A stretch of 64,000 nucleotides of DNA from Asterias rubens (Eukaryota), in NCBI RefSeq assembly GCF_902459465.1, contig NC_047081.1, positions 310,001-374,000 on the forward strand, given 5' to 3'. This document shows, one piece after another, positions 46,488-59,100 of this stretch. The notes beneath the pieces were generated by a model. It had not been told where the DNA came from and made no database searches. It worked only from the letters and a program-made list of their open reading frames with translations. The translations under genes and the position numbers were made by a program. The stretch's first letter is position 1; each line of letters starts with the position of its first letter.

Positions 46488-46880
46488 TTAACTCTTGCCT
46501 GTAAAACTACATCTTAATTGTTGTATACTTTCTCTGTTAACTCTTGCCTGTAAAACTACATCTTAATTGTTGTATACTTTCCCTGTTAACTCTTGCCTGT
46601 AAAACTACATCTTAATTGTTGTATACTTTCTCTGTTAACTCTTGCCTGTAAAACTACATCTTAATTGTTGGATACTTTCTCTGTTAACTCTTGCCTGTAA
46701 AACTACATCTTAATTGTTGTATACTTTCTCTGTTAACTCTTGCCTGTAAAACTACATCTTAATTGTTGTATACTTTCTCTGTTAACTCTTGCCTGTAAAA
46801 CTACATCTTAATTGTTGTATACTTTCTCTGTTAACTCTTGCCTGTAAAACTACATCTAAATTGTTGTATACTTTCTCTGT
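46488..46880. repeat. 49-bp minisatellite, 8 copies
   Basis: Unit TTAACTCTTGCCTGTAAAACTACATCTTAATTGTTGTATACTTTCTCTG; the copies are nearly identical. Confidence 0.95.
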
Positions 46881-49800
46881 TTAGTACAATAGTTGGCACT
46901 ATTTATTCCCCTATAAAACTACATGTACATTCAGAATTTAGTTAGTGTACCTTCAATAGTATTTCTCTAACTGTAGGTTAAATGATAAACACAAACACTA
47001 ACAAAAGGAAGATTTGATTTGTCATTTTCCATTCGCTTGAGACTTGCAATCTATTAGGACAAATATCACAAACTCTGATCATTGGACAAAATCTCCGCAC
47101 ACAGCCAACAAACATTAATCACAACCTTTTGTTGCGCTACTAAATCTCAATCATCGGTCTTTGATCTGGTCCAACAACAACCACAAGTAGGAAATTAGTT
47201 AACCATTTATTTCTGTCAGTTACACTGGCACCAAAAGGCCATTGCCAGCTTTTATATCACATGGCAACCTAAATAAACAAATACACAACTGAGTGCTTTA
47301 ATTGTCATTTGATCGTTACAGTAGAAATTAAAATGTACTATATTTCATTGATCTGATAGTGATACCACACAGTTTGAGTTTCACAAAGAAATCTCCACAA
47401 GAAAATAGGTCGTTGGAATTTTCAATAGTATACTGTTTGAATAGTATACAACTTTTTAATCAGTTCTTAGATTCGACAGTGAGCTCATAAAATTATGGTG
47501 TTTTTTTTGGTCTTGGTATGTGCTATGGGGTTAGTTTGCGTCATAAAACTTAACTTTTGGTGTGTTTTTTTGTGACAAATACTTTGTGAAGAAAGGTTAT
47601 GGAATGGTGGGTTTTATGTTGTTGTTTCATCCTTGCCAATGTCTCTTCTCTAGTACAATAACTTCATAAAAATGCAAAAATGTAATCAGTTAACCTCTTT
47701 TCCTCCAGTGAATTGTGTGTTATAGAACTTTTAAAACTTTAGGCCCTATAATGTTGTTTAGTATTCAGCCAGGGTTTGCCTTGTTTAATTTTCAGTAAAC
47801 TATGTAGAAGCCAGCGGCACCCAATGACTTGTCATATCACACCTTAGCATGTCTGTACTGTGTCAAAGGCCTGAAATAACATGAAGGTCACGTCCTGTAT
47901 TGCACTGGCTTGGTCTTAGACATGGTGCCCCTTGAAAGGTTTTAATTATAGACTTTTATTTTCTAATGGAAGTGTTCTTTGCATAATTAAATGAAAATGG
48001 CCTTGCCCTCCCAAAGAAGTGTCAGTGCATTAGTGCTGGTACCAGTTTTTTTCTCTGGTCTACATGGTCTACTGCAAGTTTTTTTTAAAATGTTTTCTGT
48101 CAACACTGTCATTCAATTATCATGTGGAAATTGTAACTTGAAGAAAAATAATCAGTGATAGAAATGAACATGCTCACAGTCACATGTTGTTTTAACTGGC
48201 TTTTGGTCAGTGGACCACAGGAGAGCACTGTGACATATTTATTAGTCCCGGACAACAATCAAGTCATAAATAGAGTATCCCCTGAAAGCGCTTGCAAACA
48301 AACTGACCCAGGCTGCCTCATAAAAACAACCTAAACATTCCTGTAAAAAACTGTATGAAAATGTAAATGAGGATAAAAATAAATAAATTTGGTTATCAAA
48401 CTGGTTTGTGGCTCCCGTGGAATGTTTTGAAAAGATTTCTGTATCCTGCCACCACTTTTAAATAAAAATTTACCAAAAGGAATGAATCTCATGAGTAAGG
48501 TTACTCATGAGTAAACTAGATTAAGGAATTAAATAGTGGCGACAGGATACAGAAATTCTGTTGAATGTTTTTGTTAAATTAAAGAAAAATTAATTCTGAA
48601 ATTCATGGTCCAAGTAGGGCCTACCCCAAAACAGTAACTGCGCATGTTCAGTGCTGGCTAATTATACACAACACTGGAAAAAAGTTCATGTTATAAAATG
48701 TACAGTTAACGACATATTAGGCGTAAGTCTGTAACATGTTGACCTTGGTTTGGTAGGACTGCAGGAGACGAGAATATGTACCATTTAAAAATAACAAAGA
48801 AACATCATCCAACCTCGAAAGTTCATAAAAAATTACTGTCTGCTAGACTGGGTTTCATTCTGCTTTAGTCACTAGATGGATGATGTGAGGTGGTTACTGT
48901 TTGGGATTCTATGGTGTGCAATTGTGGGGAAAAAATTAAAATATTTTATGTGAAAATGACAACAAATTTTTAATTTTTATTTACTGCGTACTGTAATAAA
49001 TTCCGATAAGCGTAATAAATATTAAGTCTACATTAAAGAGAAAATATCATAGATTGGTTTCTTATCTCCTGACTGAAACCAAACATAATTGGTCTGAAAT
49101 GGGGGAAAACGGGTTGTTATGAAGTGTGAGTGCATCGAGGGGGGGGGGGGGGGTGGAGTGTTTTACTTTCATGCCTTATGATATTTCTAGATTCTAATAT
49201 AGTAGCCATAATGCCTTAGGACAAAAATTAAATTTGTTAAGTAGTAATTGAATAATATTTTTGATTTATTTTGCACGCCATACTAGCTTCTGAATATTCA
49301 ATAAAATACCAACCAATGAAAGGTGTGAAAACATGACGTTGCTCCAATGTCCTGCATGCATAAGCACTGTTAATGGCGGACTGTCTCTCACATCGTAAAA
49401 CCAAAACTTTTAAAAATTCAACACACCATGAAGTGAAAGTGTTATTGTTAAAAAATTGGATAGATGATTTGAAAGAAAAACAAATTTAGTTTTTGATGGT
49501 GAACAATTTTATCCTACTGAAAACACATGACACCAGGATATCTAATTTACCTCAATGAGATATCCCTTTTTGTAAAAAAGTGTGAAAAAGTGGTGGCGCC
49601 ATACGGAAAGTTATCCTAAGCCATACTTACATTTCCATTTTGTCCAGGGACAAAATATTTCTATTCCTTGGTTTCTTGCCTGCCATGGTTTGGTTTTTCA
49701 TGACCAAGTGTCACCGACTGCACGATCAAAAAACAGCAAGTCAATTTCTCGCATTCTTCACACCAAACTGTGTCCAGAAATGCCGTTATTTCAGTGTCAC

Positions 49801-49917
49801 TCCAAAAGTCGTTTTAAATATACAGAGAGCAGGGTTTATCATTCAAGTTTTGATAAAATAAACACAGAATAAAGGTAAATGTCGGTGTGCTCCCGGGGCC
49901 AAGAAGTGCTGGCTTAC

Positions 49918-50240
49918 TTGTGGTGGTATCGACTAGCGACACCGCAGTCAGTGCAGCTGCATTCTTCCGTGCTTAGCTCCCCGTTGCCGCGGTTGGGTCA
50001 CGAACTCAACCCAAACAACGTCCGCGGACTTCCCCGCCCGTTCCTCGAAAGTTTGGAACACAACTCCGAAACCAAGCAAAAAACCACAACACACGCAGAA
50101 TTGACTTCAAATGTCCTGCAGTTAACCACCAGGAAGAAGTTCATGAAGAATCATTTTATGTTATTTCTTTTAGAGGTCACCAACAGATAATGGTACAGCA
50201 CAAAGTTTCGCTGTTGAGTTCCCACCATACAAAAGTACAC
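49918..50240 (-). other. Probable non-coding first exon (5' UTR) of a minus-strand gene, likely FAM149
   Basis: CpG-rich segment ending in the donor CAA|GTAAGC at 49918/49917, with a YY1-type AAGATGGCGG near 50252-50261. It has no ATG-initiated frame that reaches the donor. The 5' boundary is approximate. Confidence 0.45.
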
Positions 50241-51132
50241 AAACCTAAATAAAGATGGCGGATTTAGTGTCAGCCGGGACCACAATGCAACGCGCGGTTG
50301 GCCAGGCGACATAAGCCCCTTGCACTTTGCCTCACACGAAGAATCATTTTGAAGTATTTTTTTGTAGACGTCAGTTTTGTTATTTTAAGGTTTCGTTTAA
50401 AATCCTTTAGACGATGAGAATTATGATAAACAGTCAGGTAGTTAAATTACACAACTGTTTGGGGTTTATACAATTGAACTTGTGTTTCTGTCTCTGCCGG
50501 GCGCGGGGGCGTAACGCAAACTAGCACCTGTTTTCAATTAAAAGATTAATTGATTGGAAAATCAATACGCAATTAGTGTCTAGATAATCCGCGATTTCTC
50601 TGGGCTATTTTCAAAGTTTCAAAGAAAATATATTTAGAAAACAGATCGCTGCAAAAGATTCACGGATACGTGTATAATTTTCACAGCATAAAATAAATAC
50701 AAGATAGGATCGAGATGTCTAAGTTTGCTTTTGCAAAATCCAGAATTTCGGAAGGGGACCATAGAGGTAGTGATTCAAATATTTTCCCCAGGGTTGATTT
50801 TTGAAATAAATAAAGTGTAAAACTTACAAAATGAAGCAGCCCCACCCAACCCACAAGCCCCACCCCCTGCAGCAAAGGCCAAAGGGGAAAATTCCAGCCC
50901 CGCCCCCCCCCCCGCCCCACCCCCAATAAACCTACACTGTAACTACAGAGGGCGGGCTTGAACTTTCCCTTGTTTTGATTCATCACACGTCAGCTGTTAG
51001 GGCACGTGTGTGCGCATGGCACCTCCGATAAATTCAACCATCCGGAAAATTTGTCCTCAAAACAGTGTACGTTCGAAGGTGTGCAGACGACACAACAGTG
51101 GCAGTTTTACCTTAAAATAACAGTGAATTATC
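50240..51132. promoter_or_regulatory. Divergent promoter region between the minus-strand first exon and FUT11
   Basis: CpG-enriched DNA with a YY1 motif and GC boxes (GGGGCGGGG-type near 50897-50915 and 50950-50957), lying between two head-to-head first exons. Confidence 0.5.
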
Positions 51133-54100
51133 ATGGATTCTGCAGTGAGAAAAAGAGTCAAATCTTCGCCGGCTTCCGAGTCCAAAACACAGGGACCTCA
51201 GCGGCCTAGAGGAGGGGTCAATGCTAAGTATGTAGCGGTCTTCCTGGTTGTACTTTTTACGGTGATTTTTGTTGGGACCTTTTTGGGACTGGGCGTTCTC
51301 GGCCTCGGTAACGATCCGCTGAAGACACTGATGTCAAAGACGAACACGAGATCTGAAGTTTGGTCATCTGAGCCGGAGGAAACCGAAATGAGAAATTCTG
51401 CTAAACCATTGCCAGTGTCGGTGAAGGTAGCACCATTGACAAAACCAACAATTCTTTGGTGGACTGACAAGTTATTTCCGCATTTCCAAGGTAAACAAAC
51501 CGTTGAGATTGAGTGTGGGCTCAAGGAGGGACTAGGAACATGTCTAACCACAACAGATAAGAATGTTTTATCGGACCCCCTTGCTAGGGGGATTATTTTT
51601 TACGGAACCGATTTCCGAGCTTACGAAGCGCCTCTTCCGCGAGAACCTTGGCACGAGTGGGCTCTAATACATGAAGAATCCCCGCTCAACAATCAAATAT
51701 TTTCGCATTCAGTCGGAATGTCACTTTTTAATCATACGTCAACATTTCGACGAGAGTCGGACTTCCCAATTACAACTCAACACATAAAGAATCTGAAATA
51801 CCTGACAGAGCGACAACCTCTTCCAATAACCAAGAAAAATCAGCACCGCCAGAAACTTGCTCCAATTTTATACGTTCAATCTCATTGTAACGTTCCGTCA
51901 GATCGTGACCGTTACGTTAAAGAATTAATGAAATATATAGATGTGGATTCCTACGGAAAATGCGCCAACAACAAACAGCTTCCTGAGAATCTTCAAGATC
52001 CGGTAGAATCAATGGAAGCGCAAGAGTTCCTCGATTTCATCTCGAGATATAAATTTCATCTTGCGTTTGAGAACGGTATCTGTGAAGACTACATCACCGA
52101 GAAGTTGATTCGTCCGCTCCATGTTGGGTCCATCCCAATCTATAGAGGCTCTCCCTCGGCTCAAGATTGGATGCCTGATGATCACTCCGTCATCTTTGCG
52201 GAGGATTTCAAATCACCCAAGGAGCTTGCGGCGTTCATCAAACGTCTCGATGAAAACGACGGAGAATATCAGAAATATCTTTCCTTCAAGGAAGTTGGTA
52301 TCCAGAATAATTTGTTGAGGTAATAACCAAAGTCACTTGGATCAAATGCGGCTTACATTAGTATAGCTGGGTTCTGCCTAGTTGCGATATTGTAACCCTC
52401 AGGAGGAGGGTTACTACGTTATCGCAACTAGGTTCTGCCTACTCCTAGAACTATGACTGAGGTTCGTTCTGCTATCGCCCCCACAAGACGATAGCAGAAC
52501 GAACCTCATCAGTCATATACATGTACATGTACATTGTAGTCACAGTTCTAGGAGTAGGTTCTGCCCTAACTTTGGCCGCTTTCGAAACCACAGCTTGGGC
52601 TTTTGCTCTGGTTTAGGATCTGCCTGAAAGTATCAAAATTACAGGAATCCAGAGCCCAAGTCAAAGCGGCCGGATTTCAAAAAGGTCCTTTAAACATAAT
52701 AAACAAACTAGGCCTATTAGTTGAGATTGGCCCTACTAAAATTTGGATTTGGGCCAGTTTCAAATAGCTGGGCGGGGACAACAGCTCTGTGTGTATGCAA
52801 GATACATTTTTACATCTTGAAGGGCAAGAAGTTTTTAATATAAAACTATGGCTTGCATTTCTGAAAAAGCTAAATTCAAATGCACATATCAAGTACATTT
52901 GAAGACACAGATAAAACCTTTAGAGTGTAAGTTTTCAGACCTTTTTATCACGATGTCTCCCGCCCATACATGTACCTCAAAACATGCCATATTTTCTTTT
53001 CCTTTAATACAGACAAACAATGGAGAGCAGAACATGGGGCGTTAATGAATGGCGAGTACCCAGTTTCATCACTGCATTTGAGTGTTACGTCTGTGAAAAG
53101 ATACAGGAAAGACTGAAGGCAGAGAAAGCCCATGCTGACGATCCCTCCCAACCTTTGCTGCCTCCTAGAGTAGCTAAACCCAATCATGTCGGTTGTCCAG
53201 AGCCGTCAATCTCACATGGTGATTGGAGTCAAGTCAGAAGCAGAGACAAGTAAGTTCTTTTTGAAAGTTAGTTTGTTTTAAAACAGTTTACTGAGATGAA
53301 GCACAAAAAGCAGTTTTAAAGGACAACATTTGTTTGCTTACCAGAATAAGGTTGCCTGCCAAAATACCATGACATGTACTTTACTTTATTAGCTATAGGA
53401 AGCTAGGTCCTGCTCATAGTGATTCTACAACATTCCTGTCTTGACCGTAGGTAAGTAACATTGGTGTGGCGAGCTGTCAAACACACAGACTCGAGCTCTC
53501 TTTGTTACTGATCAGCAGGATATTGGTTCGAGTCCGGGCCATGACACTTGTGTCCGTTAAAAGTAAGACACTTAACCAAGATTGCTCCATCTTTTGGTGG
53601 TGCACATAAAATAACCTAGTGTTCCTGGCATGGTTATCTTTTATTGTTTGTTCTTGATAATTTGCAGAAAAACAAAACAAACGATGACCCTTTAATGGAA
53701 AATGGGTTCATTTCACTATGTGCAGTTCTGAATCTATTTATAGATGAGAGTTGCAGGGGGGGGGGGTGGATTAGAGAGCCTGGTGAGAGGGTAAATTGAA
53801 AAATATAATTCGAAAGAATTTCCCTGTCGCAGTCAAAAGTTGACAGTCTTCCCTTATGGTGTGCAAGGGACATGTCCCCCATTGCTTTATGCACATTCCT
53901 GTCCTTGGAAACCCAGTGGGTGAAAATGGCCTCCGTGCACACTCTGTATCAAAACGTCTTCTTCGATCGGCTGGCCCCAGGCAGTTCAACCAATTTACTT
54001 CTTAATTCCGCCCAGGGTAGCAAAGAAACAACTGATGGGATACATGTAATGTGAGATCTCCTTGCCTGGTGCATGTTTCCCTCCATCCTTCAATCTAGAC

Positions 54101-54788
54101 TAGGGAACATGTAATGTGAGATCTCCTTGTGCATGTTTCCCTCCATCCTTCAATCTAGACTGGGGGTACATGTAATGTGAGATCTCCTTGCCTGGTGCAT
54201 GTTTCCCTCCATCCTTCAATCTAGACTGTTTTAAGAGGAATATCAATTCCTACCTTCAGCTCCCCTGAGTTATTTTCATCTTAGATGTTTTCTTTTTGTG
54301 GCCACTCTACCAAAGGTTGGCTTTAAGCCTAGTTTGCAGTGAACTTGCATATAAAAAATAATTCATACTACAGGTCTAGACACAATCTGATCTAAAGGAA
54401 GCAAATTATTTATCAAAATTGTCTGTTTGAGGCAAGAAATTGTTTGCATTCTTCTTGCATAAATCATCAGCTCAATGCAACTTGGGCTTCTGGTACTCAG
54501 TTGAGTGAGTTTATGTGAAGCGGTGGGTGGCTTACACTGGAATTTAATCACTCTTACGAACAGGATAAAGAGGGTTCAAAAACCAGTAAGAACCAATTCT
54601 TTAAAAATGTCATTGTTACTATTTCCTTTTTTTCTCATTTATATCATCACAGCATCTATTTCTGGAGGGAAGACTTTCACACCTCCAAGGAACAAGCCAT
54701 TGCTTTGAAGAACATGATCGACAAAGGCGCAACAGATTCCTCCAAACTATTTGATGAACTTCAACAAATGTATCAACAAAATGGTTAA
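51133..54788 (+). CDS. FUT11: GT10 fucosyltransferase FUT11 (POFUT4)-like, 3 exons, 519 aa
   Basis: Exons: 51133-52319, 53013-53249, 54653-54788 (1560 nt in frame). It has a type II TM anchor, ILWWTDKLFPHF, IIFYGTDFRAYEAPLPR, WALIHEESPLNN, VQSHCNVPSDRDRYV and the alpha-1,3 motif YKFHLAFENGICEDYITEKL. C-terminal LKAEKAHA and FECYVC are closer to FUT11 than to FUT10. Confidence 0.93.
52379..52556. mobile_element. Two adjacent fold-back elements in FUT11 intron 1
   Basis: Hairpin 52379-52430 (TAGTTGCGATA/TATCGCAACTA) and hairpin 52440-52556 (TACTCCTAGAACT/AGTTCTAGGAGTA), bounded by GGTTCTGCC at 52370, 52431 and 52557. Confidence 0.65.
54042..54227. repeat. Tandem repeat of about 60-65 bp, 3 copies, in FUT11 intron 2
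   Basis: ACATGTAATGTGAGATCTCCTTGCCTGGTGCATGTTTCCCTCCATCCTTCAATCTAGACT occurs three times. Confidence 0.9.
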
Positions 54789-55946
54789 GCCTTTGCTTAC
54801 AATTGTTGACTTGTGCCGACTGTACCCATATCCCTTCTCCTTCAAGAGTTTGTAAAAAAGTCCTTTAAATGAAAGCTTTCTGAAACTGTAAAGGTTGTAT
54901 TCAAAAGGATCAAATGCAGTCCTCTCAAACTGTGTGATGACCTTAAAATAACAGGGAGAAAACAGGGTAAAAGCATGAACAGTAAAGGGTTTGAAGTCTG
55001 AACCCATTTTGTTTGGACACATTGTTAGGCTTGTGTATTATGACTGGCGATAAAAATATGTTGAAACGTTTTGTAAATTAAAAACTTCCTGTCTGGACGC
55101 TTTATCATAATTATCATTTCCTGAATGTAAAACCATAAGGAAAGATTTTACTTCCACAAAAGGAGGTAACAATTATATTTTCTTGCCAGCCTATATTTTG
55201 TCAAGACGATTTTATTTTAATGAGAAAATGGTACAAAATGTAGCATCGGATAACTGCCATACATGCAGTTGAATCAACCATCAACTCCCAGTTATGTGGT
55301 ATTGTCAAATTTGTATAGCGCCCTCTTTTGGCAAATTATGATGCTAGAGAAGCTACCCACAATGCAATAAATGGCAGGTTTGTTAAAGGTGATATTTTAA
55401 TCCAATTTGAAGTGGAATGCATGAGAGTAAATAAAGACCTATATTTAGGGATTGCGTTTTCTAAAAATAATTTTTGTTCTATGGTTTGATTTTTCTTTGT
55501 GTGTGAAAGACTGTTGTGAAAACCATTTAGGATTCGGGCAAAATGAGCCTTACAACCTGAGCAATGGGTTGTGCAATCAAAGTTTATGGTGAGTGGTGAC
55601 TGTAAGCACATGATTCCTCTGTTAGCAAAACCATTAATATCGAACTGGCTAAACAAGAAACTACATCAAATCGGTCTAACAACAAATCCTTCACTTACTT
55701 CGAGACGATTTTATTTCCATCTTGAGCCACGTCAGCTTCAATAAATTAACAGAAATGTGTACACAATCTTTGTCAAACAAATGGCACAATAAATAAAACA
55801 CAAAACTCAAACAACACAATGAAATTTAGGTACAGCTACCGACTGTTCAACTTCAAAAATGCATCCTCTGATTTTACTTGCTTTTCTATCAATAAGCCAT
55901 TTGGGAGTTGGGTTTGAATAATGTGACAATGTCTGGTAATGACTAA

Positions 55947-56166
55947 CATTTGAATTCCTGAGACTAAAGAGACAGTTGCTATGTCAAATGGTTCGGGGCA
56001 AGCTTTTGTATAACATCCTGCAGATGAGCAAACCCTGGCACCATTGTTCCATACACATCCATTTAGAATCCTGTATGGGTGTTCACTGTCTCTTACGTAA
56101 CTAAGCGAAAGCTTGCCCTAATCATGTGACATAGCAACTGTCTCAATAGTCTAAGGAATTCAAATT
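55947..56166. mobile_element. MITE with TIRs of about 40 bp
   Basis: TGAATTCCTGAGACTAAAGAGACAGTTGCTATGTCA pairs with TGACATAGCAACTGTCTCAATAGTCTAAGGAATTCA. Confidence 0.7.
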
Positions 56167-59100
56167 TAAGTGGTAACTTGTGATCAAGCACATCATTATA
56201 CCCGACAATATTCAAATCTAACACGCAAATGGCTTATTGGCTGATTTTGTTTTATGGGTTCATTATTAAAAATAAAAATAAAAGTAAAAACTATGGAATT
56301 TCATTGGGCGGGTAGTTGTACCATTGTTCACGCAACAATTAATATTTCATAACACAGATATCAAAGCAATAAAGCTACTATATACAGAGACAAACAGAAT
56401 ATTGAGTTGTTGCATTTGCATTACAGTTAATATTACAATGCTGCCATTAATTGCAAACAGATAAATAATTTATTTGTTACCGAAAAAATAAACAAAATAA
56501 TAAATAAATGGAAAACAAGTTTTTATCTTAAAGCCACGATATGGTGAACACTGATGATGTTTAGCACACATTTATAATGAAACAACAAAATTATATAAAT
56601 TGGTTAAAGGTGCTGTGCACTTTTGCATCAATTTTTCACCTTTGACCGTACACAACTATACCATAATACAAACAAACTTATTAGTAACCTTTCAAATTGG
56701 AATTGTTCTGTTGTTGAACATTAAATATATACACGCATTATATACAGATTAATTTGTTGATTATGTACAATATTATACAATTAAGGTGTGTAGATCTGTG
56801 GGAATATTCAGTTACAAGCAAACATTGAAACAAGTAAAATGTGTGTCTTCTTTCAAATAGTGTCTTAAACATCTTTTAAAATTAAGATTTTGGTAAGGAG
56901 AGGCCTGGGATATTTCGAATGCAATAAAGGAATATTCAAATAAGATCATGAAAATTTGATAAAAGAAAAAAATCACTTAATATGTCTCCAGGGCTTTCCT
57001 TAATATGGCAATGCCATGATAAGAAATGTATACTCAGTACTTTCCCAAAGTCCTGCGAAAAATACCACAGGCATTTAACTCGGGTGGGATTCAAACCCAT
57101 GACCTTTGCTAATTTTTGCTGAACAGCTCTTCAAAATTGGGCCCTGGATTAAAAAAAAAAAAAAAAACCCAGCCATTGTCTTCCTACAAATGTACCAATA
57201 AATCTTACGAATCTATCGTAAAAGAAATACATTTCACCTTCACTTCACAGTTCAAAATATCAGCAAGTACACATCAAAGTATCGCGACAGTATCCACAGA
57301 TCGCGACACAAATTTAACTTCATCATAATAAAATTTCATTATTATCAAAACTACCTTTTAAAAGTTTAAGATAAAAAACCTTTATGTTTTGGTAATATAT
57401 GCACCCAAAAGTGAAATATTTTGTTTTGATTTTTATTTAAAAACTATGTTGGTGTAAGGCACTACATGATTGTGGCACATAGACTTGTCATGTGGTCATT
57501 ACATAAACTTTAATTAAAGTGAACCACATTTCTTCACTTTTCTGAACTAAGTACTGCAGAAAGATGTACTGCTTTGTTCATACGCTAAAAGAAGTTAGCA
57601 AGCTTAAATAAACTGTTAAGCAGCTCTATTTAATTGGGACAAATTGCAACAACATAATCTTTATGGAATGTTTTCTGGTAACCTCTATATGCTAAGCAAT
57701 ATTTGTCTGTGCTTATTGGGCCCTAGTTTGGGGTATATGCGCTGCAATGTTATGCATGCATCTGTTTATCAGTCTAACTACTTTGAGCAAGGACAGAAAC
57801 AAGCTTGCCGTACCATCTCAGACGGATGTCAAAGGCAAACACAATCCTGTATTTCAGCCGATGAGGCTGGTCTATGATGAGGGTTAAACATTTTGAAAGA
57901 TTATGGTAACATCACAACTTGCTTTTTTAAATTTTGACCCATTAGTGTTTCTTTGAAGTTGGTTTACATAGTACTATTTTTGCATTGTTTTGTGGGTCCA
58001 GTATTAAGTGATTTTTCACAGAACAGAACATATCCAAGAAGGTTTAACTCCGTAAACAGTACTTCATGTTGCGAAGCATTCAAGGAGACTAAACAAATAT
58101 AATTCCAGATAAATTTTACGTGGGTGCATATTTAAATCTGAATAATTAATACAAGAATTTACCCTTCATCAGTTTACTAATTTGGGACCTACACACACAC
58201 AACGTGATAGCAGACCATTGATGCAATTTTCAAAATTTGTAAATTTTCCCATAATTTTTTTTGATTTGGTGTATGACCCTACCTTCAACCGAGTCCAATG
58301 TGATTGACAATTATTGGTTGTACCAACAGAGCCATTATCGAGACAAAGCAAGACCTACTTTTACTGAGGCTAGTTGTTCCCAAGAGACCTGCTTTGTAGG
58401 ATGTTGACAGTGGAGAGTAAATTTAATTAATTTTTATAAAGGCAATGTACACCTTTGGTTTTTTGGAACCATTCGATCATTTTAAGCAATAAAACTAACC
58501 TTTGGATATTCCAGTCCAAAAGTGGTTGTGTTTTTGTGATTGAACTGATAATATGGAGCAGTTATGTTCAGGCAGAAAGAATAATCCATAGTTGGAATAC
58601 ACAATCTGAGAATTGTTTCTTAGAATCTCTTTCTCTAAAACCACATTCCTCTTAAAGGAATCATTTCTCAAAATGCTATACACTATCAACAACTGCAGTG
58701 CTTCTTACCAAGCAAGTTTTAATGTCAATCATTTTTTGGAGTAATGACCAATGGTATACCCTGCCTTTAACAGCGGACTTTGGTCTGCTACATCATTTGA
58801 CTTTAAATGTCGCTGATGTAAAGTCTTATATCATGCGAGTCAAATTAAACAGGTTGCATGCAATGCAATGAGGACAGGGTCTTAATTGGCAGATCTAAAG
58901 GTAAATTTGACGAGCAAAATATAATTAATGAGTTTCTATGAACCTTGCCTTTGGCATTATAATTGAACTGGTCAACAAACCCACACAGAGGAAAGGTAAG
59001 GACCATGGGGGCCAATGTAGAGCTAAGAGCTAAGTCAACATTTTCACACAAAGATGGTGCTTTGTATGCAAATTAAATCATGCATAAATTTAAGAGATAT

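Noticed and set aside
46488-46880. CRISPR-like appearance of the regular repeats (also 21381-22182 and 19594-19846)
   Set aside because: Units are contiguous with no unique spacers, and the context is eukaryotic with no cas genes.
33700-49900. Remaining 60-110 aa ORFs in the long intron/intergenic stretch
   Set aside because: They show no recognisable domains, no consistent splice phases and AT-rich composition. No transposase or reverse-transcriptase ORF was seen.
15318-57112. tRNA genes suggested by A-box/B-box motifs (15318, 19670, 24430, 28605, 30165, 53520, 57080)
   Set aside because: None gives a complete cloverleaf with an anticodon arm. They run into SINE-like bodies or repeat units.
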